From Squalus acanthias (taxonomy: Eukaryota), in contig CM059430.1 in NCBI GenBank assembly GCA_030390025.1, positions 61,194,001 through 61,258,000 on the forward strand: DNA of 64,000 bases, read 5' to 3'. The notes beneath the pieces are model-generated. The model was not told the DNA's origin. It ran no database searches and saw nothing but the letters and a program-made list of their open reading frames with translations. The stretch's first letter is position 1, and each line of letters opens with the position of its first letter. A program made the translations under genes and the position numbers. This document shows, one piece after another, positions 44,501-53,974 of this stretch.

Positions 44501-47029
44501 GGCTGGGACGAGGAATTTGGTGGTGTTACTTCATACATCGCTAAAGGGGAGGATGAAGAGGTACGCTCTGAGTTTATTCAAGTTCCATTCAGTGAAGAAA
44601 GAAAGAACTTGCATTTGTATAGTGCCTTTCATGACCTCAATGTCCCAAAGCGCTTTACAACCAATGAAGTAGTTTATCAGGGTAGTCACTTGTAATGTAG
44701 GAAACTCGGCAGCCAATGTGTGCACAGCAAGATCCCACAAACAGCAATAAGATAATGGCCAGATAATAAGATTTAGTGATGTTGGTTGAGGGATAAATAT
44801 TGGCCAGGACACCGGGGAGAACTCCCCTGCTCTTCAAATTAGTCATGATGCGGAGATGCCGGTGTTGGACTGGGGTGGACAAAATTGAGAGGTCGCAATT
44901 AGTGCCATGGGATCTTTTATGTCCACATGAGAAAGTAGATGGGCTTGGTTTAATGACTCATCCGAAAGATTGGCTCCTCCGACACTGGATTACCTCCAAG
45001 TCTCGAGTGGGACATGAAAGTTAAGTGGTGACCTCAATGAAGACATATAAAGTATCAAATGCTAAAGGGAACAGAATATGAGGCTAAGGTAAGTCAGGAC
45101 AGTAGGATCAGACAACATAAATTTAAATGAGTGAAAAGTAAATTTAAAGCAGGTATTAAAAAAAAAGTCATACTCAAAAGATGATAAATATTTAGAATAA
45201 TGGCCCAGATATTCCGATCGCAGGCCTCCCGCGGGCGGAGGACTGCGATCTGGAAAAATCCGCGCCCTTACCTGAGGGCTCCCGGGACGCACACAATTCC
45301 GATGCTGGGCCTCTCCAAACTGCAGGTGCGCAGGGCCCACGTATCCCAGAGGCGCATGTAGTTCGCAGCGTCCCTGGGATCACGTGGGCCATGGGGAGCC
45401 AATCAGAGAAGGGAATCTCCCTTCATACACTTGACAGGAAGACCTGTCAAATATATGAATGGAGATCGCCCCCAAAACATAGTAAAACTTTAAATAATTT
45501 TTTTTAAAATCGCATTTTTAAAATGACTTGAAATTACAATAAATTAACTTTTAAACAAAAATTAAAATTTTTGAAAAAAATAATTAAAGTTTTTTACGGG
45601 GCTAAAAATAAACTTTTTAAAAGTATTTTTAAATGATAAATCAGTGGAAATTTTTTTTTTTAAAACTTTTTTTCAACTCTTATCCTGGTAAAAGCAGGCC
45701 TTACGCCTGCTTTTACCAGGTGCAAGAATTGTAAGTGTTTTCTGCGGGCGGAGGGTCTCCAAAAAGCGGAACTATCTGCCTGCAGATGCCCTTCTCTCGG
45801 GCAGCCGGAGGATCTGTCAAGAGCTTTCTTGACAGATCGGAAATGCCGGTTTCCAGCGCATGCGTTGTGCATGCCTGAAACCGGCATTTCTGATGTCCCT
45901 ACGGGTGGGTACACAGCGCGTACACACCCGTAGGGATCGGAATATCCGGCCCAATTTGCCATACAATTGCCATAAAGACATTGGAACATTGAAAATGCAG
46001 TTGGATGCTAGCCTGGGGGATTTGGAGCCCGAGAAGTATGAACTTTAAGGGCCAAGTGGCCTTTTCTTGTCCTTAGCTATACTTGTGTTAGATTGTAACC
46101 GATAGGAAAATAATAATCTCAAGCAGTCTGGTAACCCAAGTGTAATATCAATTGCCTTTCAGCCAGAAGCTCATGAGTTTGATGTGCAGAAATGCCCAGC
46201 ATTGTAACTTACTTGTTTCATTTGAATGAGTCTCGTCTGATAACAGCTGGCATTCCAAAAGTAGCCCTGTGTGCAGCCATGGCATTCTGCATCTTGGGAG
46301 GTTAAAACGAACATTCTCTCCATCTGAGTTGGGGACTGTAAGACAGCCAATCAGAGAGCAGCACTGGCAGTGACCACTGGGGATAAACCCATTGTCCTGT
46401 GTGGTGAATGTGCACTTGCATGGAGATCCTGAAAAATAAAGTTTGACAACATTAATGGAACAATAACCTTTTGGGGGTGGAAGAGTTGTGCCCTTAAATA
46501 CACCAGATCCCTAACTGGTGCCTGCAGTAGGGTGGCAAGATTCCAAACGTGATTATCCATACAGTGAACTCCTAGTTTTAGCCAAGTCACTGAGAAGGGG
46601 ACTATGTCATCCTAATGAGGCACTAAGTGAAGGCCAAGTGCTCTGGTATGGGGAAGGAGCAAAATGTGGATAGTGAATCACCCAGGAAGGCCGCTGTGCA
46701 TTGACCAGCAAAGTACCAGCTCCCAGCAAAACAGCAGAGGCCTGGGAGTTGGTCATTTGCCTCCCATCTTGACCAGAGATAAAGTGTAAGTAGGGAGTCT
46801 AGGAGAGGAGGAAAAGAAGAAATGAAGTGTTAACTTACTATAATAAACGGTTTGTGTTGTATTTCAGTTACTTACCCTTTGCCCAGAAGACAACTCATTG
46901 GCCTTGATCTACCGAGATAAAGAAACACTGAAGTTTGTGAAACACATTAACCAGCGAAGCATCAGTCAGTGTAAAAGGACGCATGAGAGAAGGGGGTTCT
47001 GGGACTTTTCCTTTGTGTATTATGAGTGA
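20375..47029 (+). CDS. OGFOD1: Prolyl 3-hydroxylase OGFOD1 (uS12/RPS23 hydroxylase, Tpa1 family), 13 coding exons, 555 aa
   Basis: Exons join in frame to 1668 nt with GT-AG introns; motifs [47 protein letters not shown]; Fe ligands H156/D158/H219 and 2OG-binding R231; exon sizes match human OGFOD1 as I recall them, except small in-frame gains in exons 2, 10 and 11. Confidence 0.97.
20638..20995 (+). mobile_element. tRNA-derived SINE (Deu/SacSINE-like) in OGFOD1 intron 1
   Basis: A-box TGGCTCGGTGG, B-box GGATTCAAGCC; body shared with copies at ~25640-25920(-), ~36720-37150(-), ~44595-45020(-), ~49800-50210(+) and 59380-59516/61310-61510(+). Confidence 0.75.
21554..21702 (+). CDS. OGFOD1: OGFOD1 exon 2 (149 nt)
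   Basis: TTTACAG|...[41 protein letters not shown]|GTGAGA. Confidence 0.95.
22631..22677 (+). CDS. OGFOD1: OGFOD1 exon 3 (47 nt)
   Basis: TTGACAG|[15 protein letters not shown](R)|GTGAGT. Confidence 0.95.
24364..24464 (+). CDS. OGFOD1: OGFOD1 exon 4 (101 nt)
   Basis: CCCCAG|[33 protein letters not shown]|GTATAC. Confidence 0.95.
24540..24878 (+). mobile_element. CR1 3' end with two tandem 3' UTR variants
   Basis: ORF2 C-terminal remnant, then two successive GGCGGAGC...CCTGCTCCTA modules and a TTCTTATGTTCTTATG tail. Confidence 0.75.
26647..26763 (+). CDS. OGFOD1: OGFOD1 exon 5 (117 nt; HxD motif)
   Basis: TTGCAG|(D)[38 protein letters not shown]|GTGAGT. Confidence 0.97.
27659..27750 (+). 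CDS. OGFOD1: OGFOD1 exon 6 (92 nt; distal His)
   Basis: TTTACAG|[30 protein letters not shown]|GTACAG. Confidence 0.96.
27900..28730 (-). mobile_element. Probable degraded Harbinger remnant (Myb/SANT-like fragment)
   Basis: ORF 28206..28397 has [16 protein letters not shown], resembling the Myb/SANT helix in 5513..5758; ends uncertain. Confidence 0.4.
28979..29107 (+). CDS. OGFOD1: OGFOD1 exon 7 (129 nt)
   Basis: GTCCAG|[43 protein letters not shown]|GTAAGT. Confidence 0.96.
29610..30050 (-). mobile_element. CR1 3' fragment
   Basis: GGAGTAGGCCATTCAGCCCCTCGAGCC 3' UTR signature (reverse) and ORF2 C-terminal remnant. Confidence 0.75.
30671..32530 (+). CDS. Uninterrupted CR1 ORF2 segment (RT + C-terminal domain, no APE endonuclease), 619 aa
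   Basis: No stops or frameshifts; [43 protein letters not shown]; native C-terminus and stop. Confidence 0.9.
   Translation: MEQFKIEQRRTKGLIKRGKIAYESKLAENIKTNSKSFYKYIKRKRLVKTKVGPLQSDTGEYITGNKEMADQLNAYFGSVFTKEDTKNLPGISGKIGTFAKEELTQVNISKDMVLRKLKGLKADKSPGPDNMHPRVLKEVALEIADALSMIFQNSLDSGTVPMDWRVANVTPLFKKGGREKAGNYRPVSLTSVVGKMLESIIKDEIAEHLANGDRIGQSQHGFTKGKSCLTNLLEFFEGVTGKIDGGEPVDVVYLDFQNAFDNVPHKRLAGKIEAHGIKGKVLTWIENWLSDRKQRVGINGSFSEWQAVTSGVPQGSVLGPQLFTIYINDLDQGVGCSISKFADDTKLGGGVGSEEETRKLQSDLDRLGDWADKWQMHYNVDKCEVIHLGCRKGRANYYLNGNKLGEGEVQRDLGVLVHQSLKASMQVQQAIKKANGMLAFIAKGLEYRNRDTLLQLYRALVRPHLEYCVQFWSPHLRKDVLAMEGVQRRFTRLIPGMAGLTYEERLCSLGMYTLEFRRLRGDLIEVYKILTGLDRLDAEGMFPLAGENRTRGHNLRIRAKPFRTEMRGNFFTQRVVNLWNSLPQRAVYASSLNIFKRELDIFLQAKGVKGYGEKAGTGY
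30673..32629 (+). mobile_element. Young 5'-truncated CR1 LINE in OGFOD1 intron 7
   Basis: Intact ORF, many retained CpGs, 3' UTR and (TATCTATG)n tail ending 32629. Confidence 0.93.
33400..33605 (-). mobile_element. L2 3' fragment
   Basis: AACAACAACTTGCATTTATATAGC = reverse of the L2 tail at ~18400. Confidence 0.7.
33736..33849 (+). CDS. OGFOD1: OGFOD1 exon 8 (114 nt)
   Basis: TTTCAG|[38 protein letters not shown]|GTGAGA. Confidence 0.96.
34670..36580 (+). mobile_element. 5'-truncated, frameshifted CR1 in OGFOD1 intron 8
   Basis: ORFs 34907..35167, 35173..35412, 35382..35780, 35833..36327; tail CTCTATGACTCTATG. Confidence 0.92.
37937..38016 (+). CDS. OGFOD1: OGFOD1 exon 9 (80 nt)
   Basis: GTGCAG|[26 protein letters not shown](R)|GTAGGT. 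Confidence 0.95.
38260..39548 (+). mobile_element. CR1 fragment in OGFOD1 intron 9
   Basis: ORFs 38250..38888, 38755..39099, 39225..39452; same subfamily as 57290-58835. Confidence 0.9.
40416..40750 (+). CDS. OGFOD1: OGFOD1 exon 10 (335 nt; acidic linker)
   Basis: TTTATAG|[57 protein letters not shown]...ESPR|GTAAGC. Confidence 0.93.
41224..41411. mobile_element. Palindromic Harbinger-type MITE
   Basis: AGGGGCAATTTTA...TAAAATTGCCCCC with inner arms GGTGTAACGCTGGTTTTACA / TGTAAAACCAGCGTTACACC; TSD ATT. Confidence 0.85.
41950..42135 (-). mobile_element. 3' end of an A-tailed non-LTR retroelement (family unassigned)
   Basis: Reverse complement of the element ending ~52490 (GGGCAATAAATGCTGGCC...CCCACATCCCATGAA-polyA). 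Confidence 0.7.
42284..42412 (+). CDS. OGFOD1: OGFOD1 exon 11 (129 nt)
   Basis: TCTCAG|[42 protein letters not shown]|GTAAAT. Confidence 0.96.
42771..42993. mobile_element. Fold-back Penelope-derived insertion (190-bp palindrome 42805-42994) in OGFOD1 intron 11
   Basis: 12-bp TSD TAGGTGAACATA (42759-42770 / 42994-43005); zero-loop palindrome with one mismatch. Confidence 0.9.
42906..42941 (+). ncRNA. Minimal type I hammerhead ribozyme motif (mirror copy on - at 42858-42893)
   Basis: TAC-CTGAAGA-A-GGGGC-GACA-GCTCC-GAAA-GC-TT-GTA: CUGANGA and GAAA cores, stems I and II, palindromic AGCT stem III. Confidence 0.7.
44502..44560 (+). CDS. OGFOD1: OGFOD1 exon 12 (59 nt)
   Basis: TTTCAG|(G)[19 protein letters not shown]|GTACGC. 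Confidence 0.96.
44844..44896. mobile_element. 53-bp Penelope-derived micro-insertion inside a SINE
   Basis: Matches the non-palindromic end of 42771-42820; TSD AATTAGT (44837-44843 / 44897-44903). Confidence 0.8.
45202..45952. mobile_element. Harbinger-type MITE, GGGCC-TIR family, in OGFOD1 intron 12
   Basis: TIRs GGCCCAGATATTCCGATC / GATCGGAATATCCGGCCC; TSD AAT; opposite orientation to 19133-19749. Confidence 0.9.
46868..47029 (+). CDS. OGFOD1: OGFOD1 exon 13 (162 nt to stop)
   Basis: TTTCAG|[53 protein letters not shown]. Confidence 0.97.
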   Translation, partial: LLTLCPEDNSLALIYRDKETLKFVKHINQRSISQCKRTHERRGFWDFSFVYYE

Positions 47030-47349
47030 TGGTACGTCTGCCTTCTCTGACTAAACCTTTGCATCTGATGTGGGATGCAGCATCAAAATACTGAGTAACG
47101 TGGTCTTATTGATAAGAGGCTTTTTGTGGTATGTGTACCAGTGCCTTCCAAGATCTGATATATGATGGTGGCAGTTAGATCACTACTGCACTTTGCACGG
47201 GCTGTTATTGGCTTTGCCAGAAGTTCGTTCATTTGAAGAAAGACTCATTTGGCCTGGGAGAGGGTGGTGTTAAAGTCCCAATTGCCATATCAGCCTACTG
47301 TAATAGTCATTGAAATATTTTTTGAACAGTTGTGGTGATTTTTTTTTTA

Positions 47350-47355
47350 ATTAAA
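47350..47355 (+). terminator. Candidate OGFOD1 polyadenylation signal (ATTAAA)
   Basis: Variant hexamer in a T-rich context ~320 nt after the stop. Confidence 0.45.
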
Positions 47356-48209
47356 AACTTTTTTTAACAATTGTGAGTTTCACCTCCTTTAATTTCCCTT
47401 GTCTCTCTGGAATTGGCCCATCTTTACAATCATCTATCTTCATCTTGCAAGCCGTAAGTTCCTCGTGGTGATGTCCTCTAAATTTCAAGTATTTTATAGA
47501 CTGACTGTTGCAGTAATGTTGTTCATTGCTGCAGGTATAGTGATGCTGCTTTTAGTGGGCATTTAATTTTGTTGTGATATAGTCTTTATGGGGTTTTTGG
47601 TGTATTTTCCATTTGTGTTTCCTCCAGTTTACATTCTTTTCTCTCCATCTCAATCTCTGCTATGCACCAGTCCTTGACTGAGCGGGTGGGTCGGTGACCT
47701 GTTGCTAGTCCTCTGCCAATTCTGCTCTGAAGCGGGCTGCTGGAAGGTACATGGGTAGCCGAGATAACAACTACTTCTTTGCTTTTCCCTACATCAGAAA
47801 ATTAGGCACTAATTATCGTGAAACTGATGGTCTTATTCAGAGAAGCAACAAAGATGATTGTTGTGGGAAATACAAGTGTCGCCAATCTGCAAGAGGGGCT
47901 ACTGTTCTGAGATTGGGAATTCGGATACATTCTCTGCATCTAACCATGCTGCAGAAAAAATATTTGCCTGGCCCAGGATGCTTGATGCTGGCTCTCAGTG
48001 CACAAAATAGGAAAGGCATTTCACTCTCTCTTCACTTACATCCTTCACAGTGATGAGTGTACCAAATTAGCTAACTATATACAGTGAAAACCAGGTTGAC
48101 ATACAACACATGACTTTGGACAGCAATGCTGTGAGCAGAGAATGAGGTTGATACAGATTGAGAATGGGTACAAGACAAAGATCGAGATAAGGACAGCCCT
48201 ATGGACAGA

Positions 48210-48650
48210 ATAAACAATTAGAAAGGCAAATGGTATGTTAGCTTTTATTGCAAGGGGGTTGGAGTATAAGAGTAAGGAAGTCTTGCTGCAATTATATAAG
48301 GCTTTGGTGAGACTACACCTGGAGTACTGTGTACAGTTTTGGTCTCCTTACCTATGGAAGGATGTACTTGCCTTAGAGGGGCTGCAACGAAGATTCACTA
48401 GATTGATTCCTGGGATGAGAGGGTTGTCCTATAAGGAGGGATTGAGTATAATGGGCCTATATTCTCTGGCGTTTAGAAGAATTAGCGGTGATCTTATTGG
48501 AACGTATAAAATTCTTAGAGGGCTTGACAGGGTAAATGCTGCAAGACTGTTTCCCCTGGCTGGAGAGTCTAGAACTAGGGGTCATAGTCTCAGGATAAGG
48601 GGTCAAGAGGCCATATGGCCTACTCTTGCTCCTATTTCTTATGTTCTTAT
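48210..48650 (+). mobile_element. CR1 3' fragment with internal deletion
   Basis: ORF 48235..48678 jumps from RGHSLRIRG straight into the 3' UTR tail. Confidence 0.85.
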
Positions 48651-51600
48651 AACAACCAAGAAAAGCCATGAAGATTAACAACTTGGTTTGATTGTGTTCT
48701 ACATGATGACAGGCTCATGCTCAACAAATAGGTACTATCGAAGCTTTGGTCCTTTATTTTTGCCCTCAGGTACGTCACTTTACATAAAGGAATAAGGTGA
48801 AGACAGTCAGATGAGCCGTTGTCTTATTTCCAATGTTGGACAGAAAGCCAAGACTGGAGGAATGCTGGGATTTCTCCCTAACAATTGCTCATTTGCATAA
48901 GGGATCACTCTGAGCGGAAGGTGAGGGAAGGTTAGTGTTCCGTTACTGGATTGTTTTCTCCCACTCGCCCCCTTACATCAATCATTAAAAAGCTACCTAA
49001 TTTATTTAATCAAAGACAAAATTGAGATTTAAGGGAGGAAGTTTTGCCCAGTTCAGAAATTGGTACTGAAGGGACATTTGACCTAAAGCTACAGAGCAAG
49101 TCCAAGTTAGTGTGACTTTTTTTTTTATAACTAAAATGAGTAAACAGAATTTGCTTCTGGAGTTTGGTGCTGGTGGGAATTCAAACGAATGGTATTTACA
49201 TTTTGAGGTTAGTTAGGCACAGAGGGGTTGCAGTTGTGGGGGGGATGGGTGGGACTCATGATATGTGCAGAGTACGATATGTGAGCCATCATGAATCCTC
49301 AATGTATGCAGGTACAGCAGAATTTTTCACTAAGTTTTGTAAATTTGAGTTGCTGGAGCAAAGGATCTCTGCTTGGAGAGTAATTGGCCACATTCCACAG
49401 CAATAGGGAGGATAGCGGTGTCTGGATTGTACTCGACGGAATGTAATCATCCAAGAGGCAGTGGGTAGACAGGTGAGAATACAGGGATAGTGTAGGAAGA
49501 GAGAAGTGGGAGACCATCCTCGGCTAGTAATTTCTGGACACATGCTGGACAGGTTAAGGAGAGGACAATTAGGAAGGTCAACACATAACTGCTGGACTGG
49601 TCCAGGAGTTTTTTTTTCAGATATTGGTGTCAGTTTTAGAACAATGAAAGAAGGAACCTGAACTGAACTGGCATCAATATTCATGTGGAGAGAGTAGATA
49701 GAGCAGTGGGGAAGGATTTAAACTGGTGTGACACTGGGAAGGGAAAGTCTAGCCTTGGGATTGGAGAGGGAGAGCATTATTGATAAAGCTAGGGTGTCTC
49801 CTTGGCTCATTGGTAGCCCTCATTCCACTCCTTTGGGCATGTAATCTAGGCCGGCAGTACAGTACTGAGGGAGCAATATATTTTCAGAGGTACTGACTTT
49901 TGGATGAGACATTAAACTGAGGTTCCATCTATCTGTTCAGGTAGACGTAAAAGATCCCATGGCACTATTCAAAGAAGGGAAGGGGAATTCTCCCGGTGTC
50001 TTGGCCAACAGTTATTTCTCAGCCAAGCAACACCTCCAACAACAGATTATCTGGTCATTTATCTCATTACTGTTTATAGAACCTTGCTGTGTGCACATTG
50101 ACTCCCATGTTTGCCTACATAACAGTAACTACACTTCAAAAAGTAATTACTTGTAAAGTGCTTTGAGATGTCCTGAGGATGTGAAAGCTGCTTAAACATG
50201 CAAGTTTTTCTTATTGATGTCAAGAAATTCTTCACTTAAAGAATGGAATGGATAATATATGCTGAAACCTTCGATTCATTTAAGAAACAGTTAGATGATT
50301 TGATTGGAGGGCTGTAGTGCCTTTCTGGATGGCTAAACTAAGATGGGCCAAATGACTTTATTTGTATCTAGCAGCATACCTCATCCATAGAAGAGCACCA
50401 TCCTACTCTAGTAATGTAGCAACTTTAGTGTGTGTGACTAACAATTCCATTAAATTCCAAGTGACAAATTTTGGGCAGTTTGTACTTTGAACTAGGAACT
50501 GGGTTATAATTGTGCAAATTAATTTTACAAATGATCTTTATAGTTAATGTAAGATACTGCATTTACCCCATCAGCGTGTGCAGGTTAAAGACAGTACTTG
50601 AACCTACTGCATACCTAATTTCCATTTTAACCTTAACGGAAAACCTGTCTGCTTCAACTTTAGACTGTGCTGAGAGACTGTGATGTATGTGAGATGTTGG
50701 GTAATGTACTTCCTGGTCATTGTTATCTCCTGGAACTCGGTTTTGATCACCTTTGGCTGTTGGAGAGGAATTTCACAAAGTATTTTTTTCCCGAATTGGC
50801 CTAAGTTTTTTTACATCTGTTTTTGCATCTCTTCGGAGAATACATGTCTTTTAATGGGTGGGGGAGCATCGAGGATCATGTTGCTTAGTTAGCAACATGG
50901 CTGAATGGGATAGACTCTTATGTTGGCAACTATCTCTGCGCTGCCTGACTGGATCAAATTGAACATTCCAGGCAGAATGCTGGCTGAGTGGTGTCCAATT
51001 CCACCCTCCCAGCTCTCTATGTTGTCCCTATACCCAAGTATTACATAGAATTACATAGAATTTACAGCACAGAAACAGGCCATTTGGCTCAACAGGTCTA
51101 TGACGGTGTTTATGTTCCACATGAACCTCCTTCCCACCTTACTTCATCTCACCCTATCACCATATCCTTCTATTCCTTTCTCCCTCATGTACCTAACTAG
51201 CTTCCCCTTAAATGGATCATTTAGGTAGGATCAAGTACACCCATTTAGTTTATGCCCATGTGAAGAATGACCATGGATTCTTTTGGCAAGGGAAGGCTTG
51301 TGCATTGGGTGGCTACAAATAAAAGTAGATATGGTTAGTATTCCAACATTCTATGTTAACATATTCACTCTAAGCAGGGCCTAGCAACTCCAGTGTCTGC
51401 CTTAAAATAACACAAAAAAATTAAGAGATAAACTGCAACTGCTAGAAGTCTGAAATAAGAGTAGACAGTGCAGGAAATAATGTACAAGTCTGCGAGCACC
51501 CAGAAAGGAAAAGTAAGCTTATCTTCCTATTTCACCCCTTAGTTCTCAGCTCTTTCCAGTTTTTAAAAAAAAACCTGTTTGCAGTCTTTTCAACCCATGA

Positions 51601-51819
51601 ACTGCTTCCCTGTAACACGTGTTACTAACCCTGGTTGGTTTTACTGTGGTTCTCCCCTTTTCTCGATCAGCCCTTTAAAGAGATTTCTCTTCCGGTCGAG
51701 TTCTGGTGGAGTTGCGTCCCAACTGTCAAACTTCTCTTTCGATTATTAATGGACAGCTATGTATTTCGAGCAACTTCCGTGCTTGTACCAAAACGGTAAG
51801 AACTGAGGTTATACCTGTC

Positions 51820-52670
51820 GGGAACGATTGAACAGGCTGGGGCTCTTGAAGGCTGAGGGGTGACCTGATAGAGGTCCTTAAGATTATGAAAGGATTTGAC
51901 AAGGTAGACAAAGAGATGTTTCTACTTGTGCAGAGACCAAAACTAGGTGGGCATAAATATAAGATAGTCACTAACAAATCCAATAGGGAATTCAGGAGAA
52001 ATTTCTTTACCCAGAGAAAGGTTAGAATGTAGAACTCACTACCACAAAGCAGCCCACTTGATTGGCACCCCATCCACCACCTTAAACATTCACTCCCTCC
52101 ACCACTAGTGTACCGTAGCTGCAGTGTGTACCATCTACACGATGCACTGCAGCAACTCGCCAAGGCTTCTTCAACAGCACCTCCAAAACCTCTACCACCT
52201 AGAAGGACAAGGCAGCAGGCGCATGGAACACCACCACCTCCAAATTCCCCTCCAAGTTTCACACCATCCTGACTTGAAAATATATCACTGTTCCTTCATC
52301 ATCGCTGGGTCAAAATCCTGGAACTCACTCCCTAACAGCACTGGGCGTATCTTCGCCACTCGGACTGCAGTGGTTCAAGGCAGTGGCTCACCACCACTTT
52401 CTCAAGGGCAATTAGAGATGGGCAATAAATGCTGGCCTTGCCAGTGACGCCCACATCCCATGAACAAATTAAAAAAAAAACAAGGAGTAGTTGAGGCCAA
52501 TAGCATAGCTGCATTTAAGTGGAAGTTAGAAAACATATGAGGGAGAAAGTAATAGAAGGTTATGCTGATAGGGTTAGATGAATAGGGGTGGGAGGAGGCG
52601 CGTGTGGAGCATTAGCACATAGACCTATTGGGCCTCATGGCCTGTTTCTTTGCTGTACATTCTATGTAAC
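51820..52670 (+). mobile_element. CR1 3' end interrupted by an A-tailed non-LTR 3' fragment (~52045-52490)
   Basis: CR1 sequence CTACCAC|...|AAGGAGTAGTTGAGG resumes after the poly-A. Confidence 0.8.
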
Positions 52671-53373
52671 CAGCCCACCGGCCACAGCTACGGCACTAAA
52701 AGAGTTAATGGGAAGATGGTAATAAATCTGAGTAATAGCTGTCCCTGAAATGTCCCCATTGTGGAAAGCACTTCTCCTTAAATGAACAAATCAGATGCTG
52801 ACATCCTTTGGCTTGGGATGTGGGGAGGAGCTCGCCTGTTCTGCTCGGTTCACCTTTAACCTCTGCACCCTGCACTGTTTGGAGGCGCAGGGTGGGTGTT
52901 GAGTTTGCAGATTAGGGTTAGAGAGAATTAAAGAGGCGGGTCGTGTGGAGGGGCCTCTTGTGTGTTTAGCTTTTGTGAGCTGTGAATGTTACAGCCAACG
53001 CCTGTGCATATGTGGGGTCTGGAGACTGTGGACCACAGACCTGAATAGAGGAAACCAGATGACATAGCTCGCTCTGCCCCAGCGCATGGCGTGACCTTTG
53101 ATTTCTGCTTCAGATTAAAAATTGTTGATCGCTTGAATAGATCTAGAGAGAGAAACAGAGACGCCTCGATTTATACTTTCAGTCAGGTCTGCAGATCTCG
53201 CCTACCAGGGCACAGTTATTGAAACCGCAAGCCTGCAAGTGTGATATTCGGTCTCGATTCGAAGGATTGCACATCACAGTATTAACTGGGAAAACAAATC
53301 TCCTCTCCCCACCGACCCCTCCCCCCACCCAAACCAACGCAGGGCCCGGTGCCCAGCCGGTGCTCAGTTCCAA

Positions 53374-53443
53374 ATGTCAGTGCTCAGTATGTTTGGAAGA
53401 GCTCAACTTCACTCCATACTCATCCTGGCCGTTACTTGCACAG
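53374..53443 (+). CDS. Leader (signal peptide) exon of a VJ-type IgSF gene
   Basis: (MSVLS)MFGRAQLHSILILAVTCT, ATG at 53374 or 53389; consensus donor CAG|GTAAGT; phase 1 matches the V exon. Confidence 0.8.
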
Positions 53444-53610
53444 GTAAGTGTCTTCATTTTTGCAAGCCTTACATAGAACAAGCTGTAAATTAAACTCACA
53501 AAAAAATCACAATTGATGTATATTGTATTAAAGTATCTCACTATTTATAATTGAAGTCGTTTCATTTTGTTATTTGGAGGGTAACAGTTCCTCTGGTCGC
53601 TATATATTAA

Positions 53611-53813
53611 TGTGAGAAGTCGCACAACACCAGGTTATAGTCCAACAGGTTTATTTGAAATCACAAGCTTTCGGAGCGCTGCTCCTTCGTCAGATGAAGT
53701 GGCAGCGCTCCGAAAGCTTGTGATTTCAAATAAACCAGTTGGACTATAACCTGGTGTTGTGCGACTTCTCACATTTGTCCACCCCAGTCCAACACCGGCA
53801 TCTCCACATCATA
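53611..53813. mobile_element. Fold-back Penelope-derived insertion in the leader-V intron
   Basis: 12-bp TSD GCTATATATTAA (53599-53610 / 53814-53825); 74-bp arms 53609-53682 / 53702-53775, 19-nt loop; same family as 42771-42993, opposite orientation. Confidence 0.9.
53662..53696 (-). ncRNA. Minimal type I hammerhead ribozyme motif
   Basis: Minus strand CAT-CTGACGA-A-GGAGC-AGC-GCTCC-GAAA-GC-TT-GTG. Confidence 0.7.
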
Positions 53814-53974
53814 GCTATATATTAAGGACAGGGGCCATTTCTAGCGGGACGGTGAAAGCAGCTCGCCAGCACTAAGCAACTGGAGGGAATGTTGTTGCCA
53901 CGTTTTCCTCTCGAAGTATTAATTTCCACTTGTCCTCCCTCCCGTAAATAAATGCTTGGTGTTTTTGTTTATAG

